Assembly: GCA_016179055.1 (NCBI GenBank)
Contig: JACOSC010000025.1
Location: 2,214-66,213, forward strand
DNA length: 64,000 nucleotides
DNA from: Acidobacteriota bacterium
GTDB lineage: Bacteria; Acidobacteriota; UBA6911; JACOSC01
Direction: 5' to 3'
A model generated the notes under the pieces. That model saw only the letters and a program-made list of their open reading frames with translations. It did not search any database and was not told the origin of the DNA. Each line of letters opens with the position of its first letter. Position 1 is the first letter of the stretch. This document shows, piece after piece, positions 58,845 to 64,000 of the stretch. Made by a program: the position numbers and the translations under genes.

Positions 58845-60017
58845 ATGGACCTCTACGTGGGACTGCTGCTGGCAGTCTTAACCTTTATAGCGAGTTTGCT
58901 CTCTATTAAGTTGGGACTTTCGGCAGCCATCATAGAAATCACGCTCGGCGTCATCGCGGGGAATTTTCTTGGTGTAACACAACTTGACTGGGTAAAATAC
59001 ATTGCCGGCTTCGGCGGAATCCTGCTGACTTTTCTAGCCGGTGCGGAAGTAGACGTGCAAGTTATGCGCGGAAAGGCCAAGGAAAGTATTCTTATCGGGA
59101 CACTCTCATTTGCTATACCGTTTCTTGCTACAATGCTACTCTGTCGTTATCTGCTGCATTGGGACTGGCCACCGGCGCAAATTGCGGGCCTGGCTCTGAG
59201 CACAACATCGTTGGCTGTGGTCTATGCCGTCCTTGTCGAGTCTGGCCTTACGCATACTGAAATCGGCAAGATTATCATGGCTAGTACTTTCGTGACGGAT
59301 TTTGGCACCGCCGCGGGGCTTTCCCTGCTTTTTATTACACCCAACACAAACACCCTCGGGTTCGGAGTTGTCTCTGTTGGAATCATTGCGCTGGCGCCTC
59401 TCGTCATGCCGCATTTTGTTCGCCGCTATGGCGCGCGTGTCATCGAGCCGGAGATTAAGCTCCTCTTTTTACTCCTGCTGGCGCTGATGTACTTTGCTCA
59501 TAAAGGCGCAAGCCATGCCATCTTACCGGCATTTGTGCTAGGTTTGGCGCTCTCGCGGTTATTCCATAGCAATCCGGAGCTCCAGCGCAAACTGCGTATC
59601 GTTGCCTTTGCTTTCATCACGCCAATTTTCTTTTTAAATGGGGGATTAAATATTTCGTTACCACTGCTCTGGGCAAATATCAGTCTCTTCCTAATTCTTT
59701 TATTTGTGAAACTCATTGCTAAGTTTGTCGGCGTCTACCCGATCTCAAAGTTCTTCCTTCCGCGTGAAGCTACCTATACAACGCTGTTGATGAGTACCGG
59801 CCTTACGATGGGTACCATCAGTTCGATGTTCGGCTATCAAGCCGGGATTATTAGTCAGGCGCAGTTTTCTGTATTAGTAGCGGTCGTGATTGCCAGCGCC
59901 ATTGTTCCGACGTTTTTGGCCCAACGTTTCTTTCATCCACATCATGCGCTCGAAGCTATAGGTGGCGAGGTTGACCCGGAACTCCTGGAGAGCAAGAGGT
60001 CAAATCCACGCCCATGA
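58845..60017 (+). CDS. Cation:proton antiporter (Na+/H+ exchanger family)
   Basis: About 12 TMs; LTFLAGAE, ALSTTSLAVV, FVTDFG; AAGGAG RBS. Confidence 0.88.
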   Translation: MDLYVGLLLAVLTFIASLLSIKLGLSAAIIEITLGVIAGNFLGVTQLDWVKYIAGFGGILLTFLAGAEVDVQVMRGKAKESILIGTLSFAIPFLATMLLCRYLLHWDWPPAQIAGLALSTTSLAVVYAVLVESGLTHTEIGKIIMASTFVTDFGTAAGLSLLFITPNTNTLGFGVVSVGIIALAPLVMPHFVRRYGARVIEPEIKLLFLLLLALMYFAHKGASHAILPAFVLGLALSRLFHSNPELQRKLRIVAFAFITPIFFLNGGLNISLPLLWANISLFLILLFVKLIAKFVGVYPISKFFLPREATYTTLLMSTGLTMGTISSMFGYQAGIISQAQFSVLVAVVIASAIVPTFLAQRFFHPHHALEAIGGEVDPELLESKRSNPRP

Positions 60018-60215
60018 TCGCAATGAACATATCACTTGCTCCGGAATTAGGCTGACCCCAACCGAGTGCCACTCCGTCTTGACTTCGACGTTTCCTCGTA
60101 TCGAGAAAAAACCATATCAGGTTATGGGTTATCTACGTCCGTTTCAATTATTATGTCGACTTATCTAGGCAACGTTATATAGTAACGACGGCTCTCTTAA
60201 GGCTGACCGGTATGG

Positions 60216-61733
60216 CTATGGCCGGGTGGACGGCTTTCCCCGATTCGCCATGAGCGCTTCAATTTCCGTAATGGTGCGGGGACTGCCGTTGCTCAACAGT
60301 TCGTAGGAGGTGTCTGTCACAACGACGTCGTCCTCAATGCGTATACCAATGTCTTTATATTTCTTGAGCGCCGGTTCGATGGCCGTTAGAAATTTATGTT
60401 GCTCGGGATCCTTGCGCAGATTATCCAACGCCGCCTCCCGTATGTAGATTCCCGGCTCAACGGTCAATACCATCCCTGGACGAAACGGTTCGTCGCGATC
60501 GCCTACGTCATGCACGTTCATTCCCAACCAATGCGAGACGCCGTGGGGAAACCATAGGCGGTACTGTTCACTGTCCTTGTCCGTGATCAAGCCCACGCGC
60601 AGCAGCCCTTCCTTAAGGAGATCGACCGCTCGCTCATGGACATCGGAAATACGCGATCCGACGCGAACCTTGGTGAGCGCGGCGTCGGCCGCTTGCAGAA
60701 CAATAGAGTAAATCTCCGCTTGGGCAGAGGTGAATTTTCCATTGACCGGGACCGTGCGCGTGACGTCGGCGCTGTACTGCTTATACTCGGCCCCAACGTC
60801 CATCAAAGCCAGATCGCCATTCTTCATGGCGACGTCGCGTGGAGAATAGTGGAGTACGGTGGCATTGGCGCCCGATCCCACAATCGGCGGATAGCCATAG
60901 CCGCTCGTATTGCTTTTACGGAAGACGTATTCGATGAGCGCGCCGATTTCGAATTCCTTAACGCCGCTGTTTATGGCTTTAATCGCCTCGTTGAGCGCGT
61001 GATTGGTAACGGTTGTGGCCCGGCGAAGCAAGCTGATTTCATAGGGAGACTTTACCAGCCGTAGCCCGGCCAGCCATTTCGAAACATCGCGCACCTGAAT
61101 GCCGAGAAAATTTTCTCGGATACGGTTGGCCAATTTCCACTCTCGATTGGCTTGCCCCCGCAGCCCGGGTCCATTCTCCAGAATCAAATACGTCTGCGCT
61201 TCTCCCCGATCCAGCGCGGAGAAAAAGGTTTCAAATTCTGTTGAGCGAGCATAGCGGCGAGGTCCAAAATGGCGACGGCTTAGCGTGGCTTCAAGAAAGC
61301 TGTCAAATTGCGCGGTGCTGTGGATGACGCTGATTCCGCTGATTTGGTCCGCTTCCTCACGCGTCAGATTTTTTCCGAACCAGGTTTCTTTGGAGAGGTC
61401 GCGGTCGGGGATAAACAGGATCTCTCGCGCCGAAGAATTGCCCGGGAGGAGGACGAGAGTGACGTCGGGCTGAGTGATTCCCGTCAGATAATAGAGATTG
61501 CTATCCTGGCGATAAAGGTAATCCACGTCGCGCTCATAGTTTTTTACTTCTCCACTGAAGATGACGCACAGGGCGTTTGGGCCCAGCTTATCCATCAGCG
61601 CGGCTCGGCGACGCACGACTTCCTGCCGAAGGGTTTCTCTGTCGCCTTTGTCTTGCGCCATTACGGCCGCCGCCGGCAGCCCGGCCACGGTCAACAGTAA
61701 AATCATGAGTGCTCGACCAACCCAATTCATCAC
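60216..61733 (-). CDS. Secreted Xaa-Pro aminopeptidase (M24B)
   Basis: Signal peptide; YRQDSNLYYLTG, DVGAE..DVTRT, HWLGMNVHD, EPGIY, GIRIEDD. Confidence 0.92.
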   Translation of the reverse strand: MMNWVGRALMILLLTVAGLPAAAVMAQDKGDRETLRQEVVRRRAALMDKLGPNALCVIFSGEVKNYERDVDYLYRQDSNLYYLTGITQPDVTLVLLPGNSSAREILFIPDRDLSKETWFGKNLTREEADQISGISVIHSTAQFDSFLEATLSRRHFGPRRYARSTEFETFFSALDRGEAQTYLILENGPGLRGQANREWKLANRIRENFLGIQVRDVSKWLAGLRLVKSPYEISLLRRATTVTNHALNEAIKAINSGVKEFEIGALIEYVFRKSNTSGYGYPPIVGSGANATVLHYSPRDVAMKNGDLALMDVGAEYKQYSADVTRTVPVNGKFTSAQAEIYSIVLQAADAALTKVRVGSRISDVHERAVDLLKEGLLRVGLITDKDSEQYRLWFPHGVSHWLGMNVHDVGDRDEPFRPGMVLTVEPGIYIREAALDNLRKDPEQHKFLTAIEPALKKYKDIGIRIEDDVVVTDTSYELLSNGSPRTITEIEALMANRGKPSTRP

Positions 61734-61836
61734 GTAGTATCCTCCATAGCCCGTTCGCGGTAGTCGCGTTATGCGATCCTATGATTCAGCATTGCTGTCT
61801 TCAACACCCGCGCCGGGGTGATCATGAGACGAGATC

Positions 61837-62020
61837 GTAACTGTTCACGGGGGTCGGGGATCGGGCGATATTACTTGGATTTCATTTCCAAAGACTTCCG
61901 CAATCCGTTACGCATCCGCCCTATAACACAATCTCTAAATTATCATAATTTCTAAGAGTCATCGGCACTACCGGGCCCATGGTCCCTGAGCCCTGACCCC
62001 AGATCGCCGTGAACATTTAC
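61837..62020. mobile_element. MITE, TIR GTAACTGTTCAC/GTGAACATTTAC, 8-bp duplication ACGAGATC
   Basis: ACGAGATC at 61829-61836 and 62021-62028; inverted homologue of 4684-4874. Confidence 0.85.
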
Positions 62021-62254
62021 ACGAGATCTTACGCATTTCTTAACACCGCCGCTCATCTATGCTATTTTAGGATAGCCAAGTTCTAGGATATCGGCAATAG
62101 CAGGTGTACGGATGTTTCCATAGGAGCCGGGGTTGCCACGTGGCGCGCCGCTGCGTGGCACCGTATACTGTGCGCCAGTGCGGTATTGGTTTTTTCCGTC
62201 CTATGGAACTTTATCGCGGCGATCTACGTTGAACTATCCGAACGGAGGTTTGTT

Positions 62255-62593
62255 ATGAAACCCATCAAACCGCAGGTTGCCTTGATCGTGGCGGTTCTAC
62301 TGGCCTTATTCCTGGTCTATGAAATCTTCCTAGGCGGCCTAGCCTTTTTGGTCTGGTTCTTTACCAAGTTTCTGGTAGGCTTTCTCGTATGGCTGTTGGT
62401 GGGAGTGGTGCTGGTTAAGTTTTCAAAGCCGTTGGGACGCTCCTATTTCTTCGCCTCGCTTGCGTTGCTGGGTGTTTACCTCTTTTGGTTGGCGTTGAAG
62501 GGGTTTTTCTTCTGGTCAAAAACCTTGATCCTGATCGTACTCGGTGTAGTCGCATTCTATATGGCGGCGCGCTTGTGGCGACGCATCCTTTGA
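62255..62593 (+). CDS. Small multi-TM hypothetical protein
   Basis: GGAGG RBS; four hydrophobic segments. Confidence 0.6.
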   Translation: MKPIKPQVALIVAVLLALFLVYEIFLGGLAFLVWFFTKFLVGFLVWLLVGVVLVKFSKPLGRSYFFASLALLGVYLFWLALKGFFFWSKTLILIVLGVVAFYMAARLWRRIL

Positions 62594-62699
62594 TGCGGGC
62601 AACTTCATGCCTGGCGGTGGAGCCTCTTACGAGACGCTACGGATTCCCATTCACCGGTGCGGCGTTGGCGTTGGGACCCCTTCTGCCCGGGCCTCTCTA

Positions 62700-63998
62700 T
62701 TATCCCATCAGTTTTTTTCTTAGCGAAGAGTGGAAGAAGAAATTAAGGGCGCGCGTCATGATACGGGCGCTTTTCTTAGAGTAGGGATACCATGTGAGCT
62801 CACGCGTCAGTCCCAGCTTGTCGACCAGAACCGATTGTGTGGTGCAGTAACGGCGGATCCCGGCTTCGCCATGGCGATGGCCGAGCCCGCTTTCTTTGAT
62901 GCCCCCAAAAGGCGATCCAGTGGCCACAAAATTAACCATGCAATCGTTCACACAGACGTTGCCGGCTTGCAGCCGGCGCGCCAGCGCGAGCCCCTTACGT
63001 TGGTCGCCGCTCCATATACTCGAATTGAGCCCGTAGCGCGAATCGTTGGCCAGCCGCAGGGCTTCATTTTCGTCGCAAACACGCATGATCGGCAGCACGG
63101 GGCCGAAGGTTTCTTCGGTCATGATCTCCATGGAATGATCGACCTTGTCGAGCACAGTGGGCTCGTAGAACAGGCCTTTGAAGTTGGGATTTCGACGCCC
63201 GCCAGTCAAGACTATGGCGCCTTTGCGTACGGCGTCGGCGACGTGGCGTTCAACAATTTGGAGCTGGCGAGGCATGGTCATCGAACCAACGTCCACGGAA
63301 AAGTCGTGATCGATTCCCTGACGCAGCTTCCTGGTCTTCTCCACCACCCGTTGCGTGAACGCTTCGGCGATCGGCGCCTCGACATAAACGCGCTCGACCG
63401 ACATGCATATTTGGCCGGAATTGGCGAAGGCACCCCACACCGCGGCGTTGGCCGCACGTTCCACATCGGCATCCTTAAGCACAACCATCGGATCTTTACC
63501 GCCCAACTCAAGCACGACGGGAATCAAGCGCTTGGCCGCCGCCTCCAGGACGCGCCGGCCGGTGGCTACGCTGCCGGTGAAGGATATCATATCGGCCGCC
63601 TCGATAAGGGCGGCGCCCGTGCTGCCGTCGCCGGTTACGGTTTGCACTACACCGGCCGGAAAGCCCACTTTCTCGCAAATCTCGGCGGCCAGCATCGCCG
63701 TGCGCGGCGTGAATTCCGAGGGCTTGATGATAACCGTGTTGCCGGCCATCAAGGCCGGGATGGTTTCTCCGAGGGTCAAAGTCAAAGGAAAGTTCCAGGG
63801 ACAAATGAAGCCGACGGCCCCCACGGGATGGTAAGCTGTAAATACTTTCTTGTGTCGCAACAACCAATGCAGGGGAGCGCCGCGATCACGCAGAAATCTC
63901 TTGGCATGCTTCGCATAGAAATCGATAGCAAAGCAAATGTAAGTAACCTCGAGCAGCAGCGCTTCGCTTTTGGGTTTGCCTGTTTCCGAGCAGATGAC
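62700..63998 (-). CDS. Aldehyde dehydrogenase (5' truncated by window)
   Basis: ETGKP, PWNFP, FTGS, LELGGKD, NSGQIC, EETFGP; frame open to the window edge. Confidence 0.92.
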   Translation of the reverse strand, partial: VICSETGKPKSEALLLEVTYICFAIDFYAKHAKRFLRDRGAPLHWLLRHKKVFTAYHPVGAVGFICPWNFPLTLTLGETIPALMAGNTVIIKPSEFTPRTAMLAAEICEKVGFPAGVVQTVTGDGSTGAALIEAADMISFTGSVATGRRVLEAAAKRLIPVVLELGGKDPMVVLKDADVERAANAAVWGAFANSGQICMSVERVYVEAPIAEAFTQRVVEKTRKLRQGIDHDFSVDVGSMTMPRQLQIVERHVADAVRKGAIVLTGGRRNPNFKGLFYEPTVLDKVDHSMEIMTEETFGPVLPIMRVCDENEALRLANDSRYGLNSSIWSGDQRKGLALARRLQAGNVCVNDCMVNFVATGSPFGGIKESGLGHRHGEAGIRRYCTTQSVLVDKLGLTRELTWYPYSKKSARIMTRALNFFFHSSLRKKLMG

Positions 63999-64000
63999 CT

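Overview
Bacterial window of moderate-to-high GC with many palindromic intergenic repeats; the lineage cannot be fixed from sequence alone. In order it holds: (1) a CoA-dependent aromatic ring-epoxidation cluster (two ALDHs, two crotonases, a short BoxB-like di-iron protein, a thioredoxin-like [2Fe-2S] ferredoxin and a stand-alone NuoF-like flavoprotein, but no BoxA) interrupted by an IS200-like TnpA; (2) a DUF2157/GDYXXLXY pair, then MntA/HepT and a decayed PIN TA module with attC-like sites; (3) an MDH-fold protein lacking catalytic residues; (4) an 11.5 kb minus-strand amino-sugar/methyltransferase/glycosyltransferase cluster; (5) anti-sigma, ABC ATPase, a Nudix-alpha/beta-hydrolase fusion and DUF1232; (6) a defence island: a putative PD-(D/E)xK nuclease, a type I R-M operon carrying an HTH-ImmA/IrrE + DUF4411 PIN pair and an HsdR fused to an S24 peptidase, bracketed by attC-like sites, then a 1310-aa nuclease-STAND NTPase whose C-terminus looks like an AbiEii-partner antitoxin, overlapping an AbiEii-like nucleotidyltransferase; (7) a TorF porin, a KamA-family aminomutase next to a Pls-type membrane NRPS, and gltB; (8) a fluoride riboswitch controlling a cation/proton antiporter, aminopeptidase P and a partial ALDH. 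The best candidates for an undescribed system are the STAND-antitoxin fusion with AbiEii, the KamA+Pls operon and the BoxB-ferredoxin-NuoF module. All family calls come from motif recognition by eye, not from database searches.
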